This document shows positions 41,827 through 54,172 of a stretch of 64,000 nucleotides of DNA, piece by piece (positions within the stretch are counted from its first letter, which is position 1; each line of letters begins with the position of its first letter). This DNA comes from Lobosporangium transversale (lineage: Eukaryota). Both the position numbers and the translations under genes were made by a program. The notes beneath the pieces are model-generated. The model did not search any database and was not told the origin of the DNA. It worked only from the letters and a program-made list of their open reading frames with translations. The stretch is from positions 558,001-622,000 of the forward strand of contig NW_019028997.1 in NCBI RefSeq assembly GCF_002105155.1, written 5' to 3'.

Positions 41827-42287
41827 TTTGTTTAAAAAATATAACAAGGCCAGAGTCAATAGCTGAATATCTATTTGTTCATGCTTATGCTTCCATATGC
41901 GAAGAGAAGAAAGGCGGACATTAAGAGAACAATATGACTTGTTGATGACACTTATCGCTTGTGGAGCTGCAAATGACGAGAGTAAGCATACATTTATTTA
42001 AATGCATTGTGCTTACTATCTTTTCATATTCCACTGAATTATCTTGAATAGTACTCTTCATAATGTACTCTTACTTCATTTAATCGCAGTCAGCCTCTTC
42101 AAAGGAAAGGAAGACAAACTTGGCTGGTGTTGTCAAGATACTCTGCCTCTATTCTTGATCAAGGGCTGGCTGCCTGTGAGCATGGGTGTGTAAATACAAC
42201 CGTCACTATGCTTATGTTATGGGCCTTTGTCCTGTTTAGTTTAACCACATCACACTACATGTTGCTCGTTGCTCATTGTCTAAATAA
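41827..42287. repeat. Near-identical ~460-bp direct duplication, copy A
   Basis: Matches 48511-48982 apart from a few small indels and substitutions. Lies upstream of LRR paralog 2. Confidence 0.93.
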
Positions 42288-43014
42288 GTTTCTTCCCTTG
42301 GAGTATGGGAGGTCTTTGCTTGCTCTGGTACCAAGAGGTATGAGAGGAGTATAGATGACATCAGAAGCGGATAATGAGCGGCATAGACTCCATGCATCTG
42401 CTGCTATTCGCTGTCTCAATTTCTAAATTTTTGCCACCAACAGGACGGACCAATAGATGTGAGAGATGTAAGGGCAATGGACGCGCGCACATCACATGAA
42501 TCTCTCTCGGCTCTTTTTGCTTGACCCTTCTTCTCCCTTGCTTCGTCTCTTTCACTATACAATCTCAGCATTAAATCGAATATTGAATCGATAGAGCGAT
42601 GAACAACGTTGGATGATGTCACTTGCCTCTTGGCTTTCAAAAACGAACATTTATAAAGGTGTCATCTGTCCACTCTTTCTCTTTTTCTTCTTTTCTTTAT
42701 CCTTCAACCACTTTGACGAAAATGAAAGGTAAGAAGCTCCACTCCCAAAAGAAAAAGATAAAAAAAACATATCCACTCTTACTTGATAAGAAAAAAAAAT
42801 AATGACCACAGCTCTCATACTTTGTGTTAACTGACTGTGATGCTAACTTTTTCTTTCTTTTCTTTTCTCTTTCGCTTTCTTTTTCAGTCACTACAACCAC
42901 AATAAGAGCTACCACGTCCCTTGACAGGCATCCAGGCTCTTGGCCTCTCTTCTGGCCGAACCTAGGACCGGCCTTCCCCAAGCCCGACGAAGGGCTTTGG
43001 TCGATGCCGATCCC

Positions 43015-43720
43015 ATAAAAACCAGAAAAACCCAAAAAAATCGAAAAAACACGAAAAACCAAAAAAAATCCATAAAACACAAAAACCAAAAAAAATCCAT
43101 AAAACACAAAAACCAAAAAAAACTATAAAACAAAAAAGACCAAAAAAATCATAAAAAAAAAAGACCCAAAAAAAACATTATAAAAAACAAAAACAAAAAA
43201 AAAGTATTAAAAAGAATTAAAAAAGCAAAAAAAAATGCATAAAAAAAACAAAAAGCAAACAAAAAAAAATATAAAAATACAAAAAGCAAAAAAAAATATA
43301 AAACTAAAAAAAAGCCGAAAAAAACAAAAAAAATAAGAAAAAAAAAAAAAAAAATTTAATAACTAATATTTAATATGTAACATTATAATATTTACTCATA
43401 ATATGTAACACTATAATATGTACCAATATAATGTGTACATTATAATAATAACAACTATATTAATCAAGGTGTTTAAGGTGTCTAAGGTGTTCAGGATGCT
43501 CAAGGCGCCAAGGTACCCAAGGCCTGCTAGACACAAGATATCCAAGATACCCTAAGGCGTCTAGAAGGCTCGATACATCCAACGGTACCCAATATACCCT
43601 CCGAAACACCCGAAGAACTCTGGACACAAGGCACTCAAGACACCAAAGATACCCAAGGCATCCTAGATACTTAACGCACTTGATACACTAGAGATAGTCA
43701 AAATAGCCAACATTAATCCT
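43015..43720. repeat. A-rich array (AAAAACCAAAAAAAATCCATAAAACAC-like units) followed by short TAATATGTAAC and CAAGATACCC/CAAGGCA degenerate repeats
   Basis: Seen directly. Confidence 0.65.
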
Positions 43721-44050
43721 CAAGACCCTTATACCCTAGTCGTAGTTGTTAAAATAATAAATAAAAAGAATAAAAATTATAAACCATCGTATTTAAATAT
43801 TCTCCCTATAAGCGCAGACGGAATGCGAAAATGGATGTTAACCAACAGTGCTTTTGCCAGGTTCAAAAACCGAATATGAGGTTGCGTGTGTGGAGGAAAA
43901 CGAACGGCTGCGCGATTTAGTTATTTTTTACAGGTGCATTGGATCACTCATCACGCCCAATTGTTTTTGGTGGCATTTTTTTAAATTTATTTTATACAAC
44001 GGGGAGCCTCCATCAACGTTAGCACGTTAGAATCCCCTTGCAAGGAGAGA

Positions 44051-44117
44051 AAGAGTAAACGTCGAAAGATCAAAAGGCAACGTCGGAATGAATGCTTGGC
44101 TACTGCAAGTCAGTTAT
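44051..44117 (-). pseudogene. Short degenerate 28S rRNA fragment downstream of LRR paralog 3
   Basis: Minus strand ataactgacttgcagtagccaagcattcattccgacgttgccttttgatctttcgacgtttactctt aligns ungapped to recalled LSU ataactggcttgtggcagccaagcgttcatagcgacgttgctttttgatccttcgatgtcggctctt (54/67 by hand). Confidence 0.8.
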
Positions 44118-44180
44118 TTATTTGGACTGAATAATATTCAAACATCATTATGATGCTCAAGTCATCCAACCTGCTATCAT

Positions 44181-47100
44181 TTAGACTGCTACAGTCAAAG
44201 TGGTGCTATTCTTCAGTGCCTTCGATAGCGCATGAGCTCCTTCATCCCCAATTGAGTTGCACCACAAGTTCAAAGTAGTCAGGGTTGTATTAGCCTTGAG
44301 TGCCTTTGACAGTGCAATTGCTCCTTCAGCTCCAATTGAGTTGCATGCCAAGTTCAGAGTAGTCAAAGCTGTGTTAGCCTTGAGTGCCTCTGACAGTGCA
44401 AATGCTCCTTCCTTTCCAATTAAGTTATTGGGTAAGTCCAAAGCGTTCAGGGTTGTGTTAGCCTTGAGTGCCTCTGACAGTGCAAGTGCTCCTTCATCCC
44501 CAATTGAGTTGTCCCGCAAGTTCAAAGTAGTCAGGATAGTGTTAACCTTGAGTGCATCTGACAGTGCAAGCGCTCCTTCCTCCTCAATTGAGTTGTCCTG
44601 CAAGTTCAAAGTAGTCAAGGCTGTGTTAGCCTTGAGTGCCTCTGACAGTGCAAGAGCTCCTTCCTTCTCAATTGAGTTGTGCGACAAATTCAAAGCAGCC
44701 AGGGTTGTGTTAACCTTGAGTGCCTCTGACAGTGCAAGAGCCCCTTCCTTCTCAATTGAGTTGCCTTCCAAGTTCAGGGTAGTCAAAGCGATGTTATTCT
44801 TGAGTGCCTCTGACAGTGCAAGTGTTCCTTCCTTTCCAATTAAGTTATTGGACAAGTCCAAAGCGTTCAGAGTTGTGTTAGCCTTGAGCGCCTCTGACAG
44901 TGCAAGAGCACCTTCATTCCCAATTGAGTTGCTGAACAAGTCTAAAGTAGTCAGGATAGTGTTAGCCTTAAGTGCCTCTGACAATGCAAGAGTTCCTTCG
45001 TACCCAATTGAGTTGCCCTGCAGGTCCAAAGCAGTCAAGGCTGTGTTAGCCTTGAGCGCATCTGACAGTGCAAGAGCACCTTCATTCCCAATTGAATTGC
45101 CTTCCAAGTTCAGGGTAGTCAAAGCGGTGTTATTCTTGAGTGCTTCTGACAGTGCAAGTGCTCCTTCCTTCTCAATTGAGTTGCGCGACAAGTTCAAAGC
45201 AGCCAGGGTTGTGTTAACCTTAAGTGCCTCTGACAGTGCAAAAGCCCCTTCCTTCTCAATTGAGTTGCCTTCCAAGTTCAGAGTAGCCAAAGTTGTGTTA
45301 ATCTTGAGTGCCTCTGACAATGCCAGCGCTCCTTCATTCTCAATTAAGTTATTGGACAAGTCCAAAGTAGTCAAGGCTGTGATAGCCTTGAGTGCCTCTG
45401 ATAGTGCAAGAGCTCCTTCATTCCCAATGGAGTTGCTGAACAAGAGCAAAGTATTCAGGGTAATGTTAGCCTTGAGTGCCTCTGACAGCGCAAGAGTTCC
45501 TTCCTTCCCAATTGAGTTGTCTTCCAAGTTCAGAGTAGTCAAGACTGTGTTAACCTTGAGTGCCTCTGACAGTGCAAGTGCTCCTTCATACCCAATTGAG
45601 TTGCCCTGCAGGTCCAAAGTAGTCAAGGCTGTCTTAGCTTTGAGTGCCTCTGACAGCGCAAGAGCTCCTTCCTTCCCAACTGAGTTGTACCGCAAGTCCA
45701 AAGCAGTCAGGGTAATGTTAGCCTTGAGTGCCTCTGGCAGTGCAAGTGCTCCTTCCTTCCCAATTGCATTAAATCTGAAGTTCAAAGAAGTCAAGGTTGT
45801 GTTCGTCTTCGACAGCAACAGAATTCCTTCCTTCCCAAGCGAGTCGTACTCCAAGTCCAAAGTGACCAAAGTTGTATTGGTCTTGAGCACTTCTAACAGT
45901 GCAAGAGCTCCTTCCTTCCCAATGGAGTTGCCCATCAAATCTAGTGTGGTCAAAGTCCTGTTAGCCTTGAGTCCCTCTGATAGTGCCATGACTCCTTTAT
46001 CTCCAATTAAGTTGTTCCTCAAGTTCAAAGTAGTCAAACATCTGTTGGCCTTGAGTGCCTCTGACAGTGCCAGAGCTCCTTCAACCATAACTGAATTATC
46101 CCTCAAGTTCAACATGGTTATAGCAGTATCGGTCTTGAGTATATTTGCGAGTGATTGAAAGTCACTAGTGTTAATCAATCGAGGCTTCATCTCAATAGTT
46201 AGTTTTTGAAGGTGTGGTGGCCTGCTGAGCTGTAAACTGGGGACCTTTATAGTGTTCGGAGGTAAAACAATATGGATCGTCTTCATGCTGCTAAGTTTTG
46301 TGATGTGAACAAGCATTCCATATCGCGAGGATGTCGAAAGTAATTTCTCGGTGGTGCTTTCTTGGAACTCTCCGAGTTCAAGTCGAAGGGCCGATATACT
46401 TGACTTATTTAATACTTCCTCCAAAGCTTCAAGATCAGCTTTGGTCCAATTCCAGTTAAAGATGATATCCAACTCGTAAACACGTCTTGCATTGGTCAGC
46501 GCATTGAAGAATTCTTCAGCTGTGGTTTTGGATTTCAATGTGATGGTCACTTTGCCAAGGTACGAGTCATATTCACCGCCATTCAACTCCACTGCTTTTT
46601 CGAACGCTTTCTGTTCTGCTTCTCTATATGTCGAGCGATAGTGATCGAGACAAACCCATTTGACATGACCTGCTTCGGTCGTGATCCTGTACAAGTTACC
46701 AAGTTGATTGCCTTCATCATTTGTTTGAAAGAATGTTCCCAGTTGTCGAAGATCGGCTTCTTCAAGTACCTTATAGTCATCAATTGTGGTGATGTTGCTC
46801 AAGACCGGATGTACATTGGAAAGCGCTTCCATATATTTGACCGAGTAGTTGATAGCGGCATCGACATTCGGGATTGGTGCCAGAGAAGCCGTCGGAGACG
46901 ATGTATCCTTGAGACAGTGTAAAAGGGTGAGCATGTATTTTCCATACTTGCGATAAAACTCCATACTGCTTCGAACTTCATATCCATTATGGTTGGCAAT
47001 ATGGATTTGGCTCTGGCTGCTTGTCGTTGCGGAGTGATCCCCACATTCACAGAGGAAATAAAGGCGAAACTTCTTTTTCAAGATATTCCTTGGATTCCAC

Positions 47101-47715
47101 TCGGTCTGCTGGATAGGTAAAATAATAAAAAGTCGCGGGATTGGACACTCGTGTAGCTCAAGGCTCTGGACGAGGATGGCGTTAACATGCTTTTGAAGGA
47201 TAGCAAGTCTGTCGAGGGCTTGACGTTGGAGTTCTTTAGGTATCTCATTACTCTTCTCCTTAGTCTCCTGTTGTTGTGGTTCCTCCAAGGAAGACAAGTT
47301 AGTGACAATATTACTATTGCTGGACTGCGACGTTCCCGTAATGATGTCCAGGATCTTGTGAGGATAGAAAGCAATGCGTGGAGGTTCGATTCTAATAGAA
47401 TAAGAAAAGAAAGACATGAATGTCCAATCGAGTTCACTTATTTGGTTCTTTTTTCTTTCCAAGGCAATTGACAAGGCACCTTGATAAAGTAAATATTATA
47501 CTATACCTGTTGCCATTAGAGTCTTCAAGGAATGGGATGGGATCTCCATCGGATTTGAAATGTATTGCCTCTGGAAACATGTCTCGAATGTCCGTCAAAT
47601 CCACATAGAATGTCAAGTCGCCATTGCTTCGAGAGGTGGAATCAATTCTGACACAAACTTGTTCAATCGTTCCAGTGCCAGCCTGTCGGAACTGTTGGTA
47701 ATGAATTTGTGTCAT
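44181..47715 (-). CDS. LRR family paralog 3 (intact), about 23 LRRs
   Basis: ATG 47715 (MTQIHYQQFRQ), intron 47506-47392, exon 2 47391-44181 open throughout. Confidence 0.92.
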
Positions 47716-48510
47716 TTTTCTTTTTTTCTTTTTTTTGGTGATTATTCGATGAATGATGACAAGCTGAAGGGTTTTCTCATTTTCATTTTCTGAGCAATGG
47801 AGTCGCCGACCATCTTTTTTTTTTTGTCTGGCTTTACCGCTTGAGTACAAAAGTACAAGGATACAGGTCTGTCGAATGCATTCATCTGCTGTGCCTAATA
47901 AATTAGAAAAGCTATCCACATGCACATGCAGTCTTTGATTGGCTCTCAAATGATGACTACAGACACAATTAAGTGCGCCTTGGGCTGTTGATACAGTACG
48001 GACCACATAATGGCGCCGTATCATTCTCTCTTCTTGCAAATTTCCTGAAATACCACCCACCCTGACAACTGAACTAAGGTGCTTTCCTCATCCTTGTGCT
48101 TGTCCTCCCGGTCACCTTTGAGCTCTTCAACAATGTTATCTTTGTCACTGGCAGAGGGTACTTTGTGAAATATTCCTCAATCGATGGTCTACTGTAGTTG
48201 AAAGGAGTATCTGTTCCGTATAAACGCTAATGGAGGAGTTAATCCTCATGTGGGAACTAACGGAAGGCGTAGCTGGAGGGAGATCATACGGAGAGTATGG
48301 ACAGTGTATAGGAGAGCGAGAAAATGAATTAAGTCCAAGGGTTCCAGGAAATGAAGTAAGGAATTTTTTTATTTTTATTTTACATTTTTTATTTTTATTT
48401 TACATTTTTTATTTTTATTTTACATTTTTTATTTTTATTCCATATTTTATTTTTTATTCCATATTTTTTATTTCGTATTTTTATTTGTTTTTTATTTATT
48501 TTATATTTAT

Positions 48511-48982
48511 TTTGTTTAAAAAATATAGCAAGGCCAGAGTCAATAGCTGAATATCTACTTGTTCATGCTTATGCTTATGCTTCCATATGCGAAGAGAAGA
48601 AAGGCGGACATTAAGAGAACATTATGACTTGTTGATGACACTTATCGCTTGTGGAGCTGCAAATGACGAGAGTAAGCATACATTTATTTAAATGCATTGT
48701 GCTTACTATCTTTTCATATTCCACTGAATTATCTTGAATAGTACTCTTCATAATGTACTCTTACTTCATTTAATCGCAGTCAGCCTCTTCAAAGGAAAGG
48801 AGGGAAAGACAAACTTGGCTGGTGTTGTCAAGATACTCTGCCTCTATTCTTGATCAAGGGCTGGCTGCCTGTGAGCATGGGTGTGCAAATGCGGTGCCAC
48901 TGTGCTTATGTTATGGGCCTTTGTCCTATTTACTTTAGCCACATCACACTACATGTTACTTGTTGCTCATTGTCCAAATAAA
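48511..48982. repeat. Near-identical ~460-bp direct duplication, copy B
   Basis: Matches 41827-42287. Lies upstream of LRR paralog 3. Confidence 0.93.
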
Positions 48983-50943
48983 TGTTTATTGACATATTTA
49001 TTTTATTTGCTACAAGTCATCTACCCTGCCATCTTTAGAGCTGCTGGCATTTCCACTATCACAACATGCATCTACTGCAAAAGACGCATCCTTGGGGTCC
49101 GTATCTCCTTCGCTCATTGAACACATTAAGAGAGCTTTTAATGGTATTGCACTAACCTGAGATACCTCCATTGTCATTCTTGTCATCATTTGGATCATCC
49201 TTGTGTATCTCAGTTGCTGTCCCTCTATCTAACAGAGCGATAAGGTGCGAATATCTCTGCTTACTCACTTGTGCCTGCTTTAGCACCTGGCTGGTGAGCA
49301 GCGGTAGCTGCCTGCTCAATGGGGATCTTGCTCAGTTATAGGCAATATCTAATGAGAAGAACTAAAATAATTGGGGATTGGTTAGTGAGCTGAAGAGACA
49401 AAACACAACCGCACAACTTCCTTTGTGCTATTAATCTGCTCATTTCCTCAGGGGCAGGGGTCCCAGACATCCAACGATGAAAACAACCGCAATTGGATGA
49501 TTCCTAACGTTCGTCATAGCCATCAGCCTCAAAGAGACAACAGGCATCGATTGCAGCACTGCCAAGAGCCAAAAAGACTCATGGGGAGGTCATAGCAAGA
49601 GACAGTCCACACCTTTTAGCATCGACTATGTGTCTCTCATGTACCCAAAGAGCAACCAACATGATGAGCAGAATTGCTTACAATATGACTCCCAGATAGG
49701 TCCAACGGGAAGTGGACTCCAAAGAAGTCGGATGAGGCCATATGGAGGAGGGACTTATTTGCACCACATTATCAACTGCGTGGTACAACAACCCCCTCAT
49801 GGACCCACGAGTCTGACGGAGAACATGTCGTTCAAGCTGCTGCACCATCCATGCTCAACATGGAGAGGTGAAGACACCCAACGGAGCAAACAAGAACAAC
49901 AAGCTCAAATCCAGCACCACCTCAGTCCCGGGCTCTGAGGCGAGGTCATAGCGAGAAGCAATCCAGCGCCTTAGCATAGACTGTACTCTTCTCATGTACC
50001 CACGGAGGACCCTGCTCGCATCCTTTCTCTGAAATCCGTACACACGCTATGCTTGTTCTTAGTCACAACCAATCCCTTACCTTGTGGCTATACTTCGTTT
50101 CATTGCGCTTGCTAGTCTTGATAACCTTGTAAAGCAACCTCATGTTATGGGAAGCAGGTTTGAATTGAAGACAGAAGCAATTGCTGAGCAGAGTGAATGA
50201 AGTGAGTGAAGAGGAATGTTTACGCGTCATGCCAAGAACGAGAGAGAAAAAAAAAGAAAATGGGTGTCACGTGCCTTATAGAACCAAATTACGCGTTTAA
50301 TCACCACACGAATAAAATGCATGCAAGGCAGAATTCATAAGTAGATGCGCCACTCGCAGTTCTAATTTAGAGCATCTAAACGGGTGTCGAGCATCTGGTC
50401 AGGGATGACTATTTCCTGCATTTTCGACGTTCTAGTTTGGATGGCTATATTCTTGGAGTTACTGTCCAGAAAGGAGGACTTTATTTAAGGATTGACGCAG
50501 AGTATAATCAGCTTGGAGCAACATTGACTGATAGGAAGCGAAAGTGGCCATCCGATGCGGGATAGGAAAAAGTACACATTGCAACAGATGCAAGGGATTG
50601 GGAAACTCTCCAGTGCTCGGTGGTCATAGACGACAACATTCCGTGTACGATGTCAAAGGTGGATGAGAGGACCGATTTCCCAAGTGGTTAGAGAGTAACT
50701 GTACGCTCAGTGGATCAATGGAGAAGCTGTTCTGAAGAATAATATGGCATGAGGAGCCATATTAGTCCTCGAGTGGAAAGAAATATGAATGATACACCAG
50801 AATCACTCCATAAAATAAAGAAATGGATGAGATGGAGAGTCGAAGCCAAAAATAAAAAAATAAAAAAAAAAAAACATTGTATAAAAAATAGATGGAACGA
50901 ATCTTTTCATTCCTACTTTTCATCATTATCCTCGAATTATCTC

Positions 50944-53475
50944 ATGACTCAACAGTACCAACAATTCCGAAAAGCTGGCATCATTGAAGAAGTCGGTGTC
51001 AGGACTGCCTCCATCTCTGCAAGCAATGGCAACTCATCATACTATGTGTGTTTACAAGACATTCAGGATGTGTTTCCAGATGCACAGCGATTCAAGCTGG
51101 ATGAACATCCCATCCTGTTCCTTCAAGACTCTAATGGCAACAGGTAAAGTATTTATTTATCGTATGTGTTGCTCAGGAACAAAAAGTAAGAGAACTCAAT
51201 TGCATATCCTAAGTTTTGTTTTTACTTTTGTCCTATTAGAATCGAACCCCCATGCATTGCATTCTATCCTGACAAGATCCTGGATGTCATTACAGATGGA
51301 CCACAGGTCTGCAATAATAATAGCAGCAGTAATAGTAGCAGCTCCAGCCTTAAAACGACTACGGATTTGATCCTAGAGACTAAAGAAAACGCCAAAAAGA
51401 TGCTTGACTTGTTACTGGAAGCCAAAAAGAAGGACGACGAAATGCTTAAACTGCAGCAGCAAGTTCTTGACAGACTTGCTATCCTTATCCAGAACTTTGA
51501 GTTACATGAGTACCCAATCCCTCGACTCTTTATAGTCCTGCCTGTTGACACCACCAAGTGGGACCCAAGGAATATCCTGAGGAGCAAGTTCCGCCTTCAT
51601 TTCCTTTGTGAATGTGGAGAGCACACTGCAACGATAAGCAAAAGCAATCAGAACCAGATCCATATTGCCAAACATGAAGGATATGACATCCGAAACAGCA
51701 CAGAGTTCTTTCGCAAGTATGGAAAGTACATGCTTATCCTTTTACATTCTCTCAAAATGGGGATGCCTTTGACAGCTTCCCTGGTACCAACTCCTAATCT
51801 CGATGCCGGTATCGACTATTCGATCAAATATATGGAAGCACTCCCTAATGAGTACCCAGTCTTGAGCAAGATCAACAAAATCGGTGAGTGTGAGGCACTT
51901 GAAGAAGCCGATCTTCGGCAACTGGGGAAATTCCTTCAAAACAATGATGAAGACAAACAACTTGGCAACTTGTACAGCATCACGACAGAGACAGGCCATG
52001 TCAAATGGGTCTGTTTTGATCACTATCGCTCAACATATAGAGAAGCAGAACAAAAAGCGTTCGAAAAGGTAGTGGAGCTGAATGGCGGCGAATATGACTT
52101 GCACCTAGGCAAAGTGACCATCATATTGAAGACCAAAACAACAGCTGAAGAATTCTTCAATGTGCTGACCGATGCGAGACGTGTTTACGAGTTGGATATC
52201 AGTTTTGACTGGAATTGGAGTAAAAGTGATCTTGAAGCATTTGAAGAAGCACTAAAGAAGTCAAGTGTATCGATCCTTCGGCTTGAACTCGGAGAGTTTC
52301 AAGAAAGCACCACCAAAGAAATACTTTCAATGGCTCCCAGATATGGAATGCTTGTTCACATCATAGAACTTAGCAGCATGAAGGCGATCCATATTGTTTT
52401 ACCTCCGAACACTATAAAGGCCCCCAGTTTACGACTCAGCAGGCCACCACACCTTCAAAAGCTAACTATTGAGATGAAGCCTCGAGAGATTGATGCTAGT
52501 GACTTTCGATCACTCGCAAATACACTCAGGGACGATAACGCTATTACTACGTTGAACTTGAAGGGCCTTTCAATTGGGGATGAATAAGTTCTGGAACTAT
52601 CAGAAGCACTCAAGACTAACAAGACTTTGACCACGCTGGATTTGATGTGCAACCGAATTGGGAAGGAAGGAGCTCTTGCACTGTTAGAAGCACTCAAGAC
52701 TAATACAACTTTGATTACTTTGGACATGGAGTACGACTCGCTTGGAAAGGAAGGGGCTCTGTTACTGTCGAAGACGAATACAACTTTGACTTGTTTGGAC
52801 TTCAGTAGTAAATCAATTGGGGATGAAGGAGCTCTTGCACTGTCAGAGGCGCTCAAGATCAACACAACCTTGACTACTTTGAACTTGCGTTACAGCTCAA
52901 TTGGGAAGAAAGGAGCTCTTGCACTGTCAGATGCACTTAAGACTAACACAACCTTGAGTATTTTGCGCTTGAGGCACAACTTAATTGGGAAGGAAGGGGC
53001 TCTTGCGCTGTCAGAGGCACTCAAGGCCAACACATCCTTGACTACTTTGGACTTGTTCAGCAACGCCATTGGGAAGGAAGGAGCTCTTGCGCTGTCAGAG
53101 GCACTCAAAGCTAACGCTACCTTGACAACTCTGGACTTGAGGTACAACTCAATTGGGAATAAAGGAACATTTGCATTATCAGAGGCACTCAAGGCTAACG
53201 CATCCTTGACTACTTTGGACTTGAGGCACAACTCAATTGGGGATGATGGGGCCCTTGCACTGTCAGAGGCACTCAAGGTCAATACAACTTTGACTACTTT
53301 GAACTTGCATTACAACTCAATTGGGAAGGAAGGAGTTCTTGCGCTGTCAGAAGCGCTCAAGACTAACGCCACATTGACTAAATTGGACTTGAGGGACAAC
53401 TCAATTGGAAAGGAAGAAGCCCTTGCACTGTCTGAGGTGCTCAAGACTATTGCGGCGCGGATCCGTTTTACGTGA
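50944..53475 (+). pseudogene. LRR family paralog 4, interrupted only by one in-frame TAA (52585-52587) in the first LRR; about 11 LRRs
   Basis: ATG 50944, intron 51144-51239. Exon 2 is in frame to ..LSIGDE-TAA-VLELSEALKTNKTL.. and then stays open in the same frame to 53475. Confidence 0.85.
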
Positions 53476-54172
53476 GGGTATCTTTACTGACATCCAAAAT
53501 TGCCGGCGGCGTAACACATTCGAAGTTGACTGATGAATATGAGCCATCATTAGATTTATTTGATGATTTGGTTAGCAATGTAATCTTGATAGCTAAGAAT
53601 ATTAGTTTGACCAAATAAGTTAGTGGCTGCTGGAAGCAAACGCTCATAACATTGGTGGCTTTTGATCCTTCGATGTCTGGTCCCTCTCTTTGCAAGAGAA
53701 TCCTAACATACCAATGCTGCTAAGAGTTCGTTTTATTTGGCAGCATCATAGGTATAGAGCTATGAGAATGGGTTAATGATCGCCTGGAAACAACCGTAGT
53801 ATGTTTAACGCCCGCTATCCATTCAATACTGTTCTCATCTAAACTGCTCTTGTTACAATAGCTTCTCATCTAAAATGTGTGCGGTCGAATGATCGATTCA
53901 ATAGAATACCAATGTACAGCGCCTTGCACTTAGTCATCAATCATTAAATAAGCTTTGTACCATTGCACCCTTCAAACTTTAACAATGGCTGGAGCCGATC
54001 GTCTGATGAGGGCCATTTTTATTTTATTTTGTTAATGTCGCCGCTCCCTTAAGGATTTCTATGATGGCAAGCACTGGAACAGAATGCAAGTGTTCTTACT
54101 AAAGAAAGCAATGTTGCAATGAACACTTTACTGCAGATCAGCAAATTATTTGGAATAAGTTATTTTCCTACA

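Noticed and set aside
44257..46158. 633-aa antisense ORF and similar ones at 17729, 18602, 38331, 52890 and 54189
   Set aside because: Shadow frames of the 84-bp LRR repeats (SASDSARAPS is the reverse of EGALALSEAL).
49000..50050. Coding-like GC-richer segment between paralogs 3 and 4
   Set aside because: Only short broken ORFs with no recognisable motif; probably a decayed repeat, not assignable.
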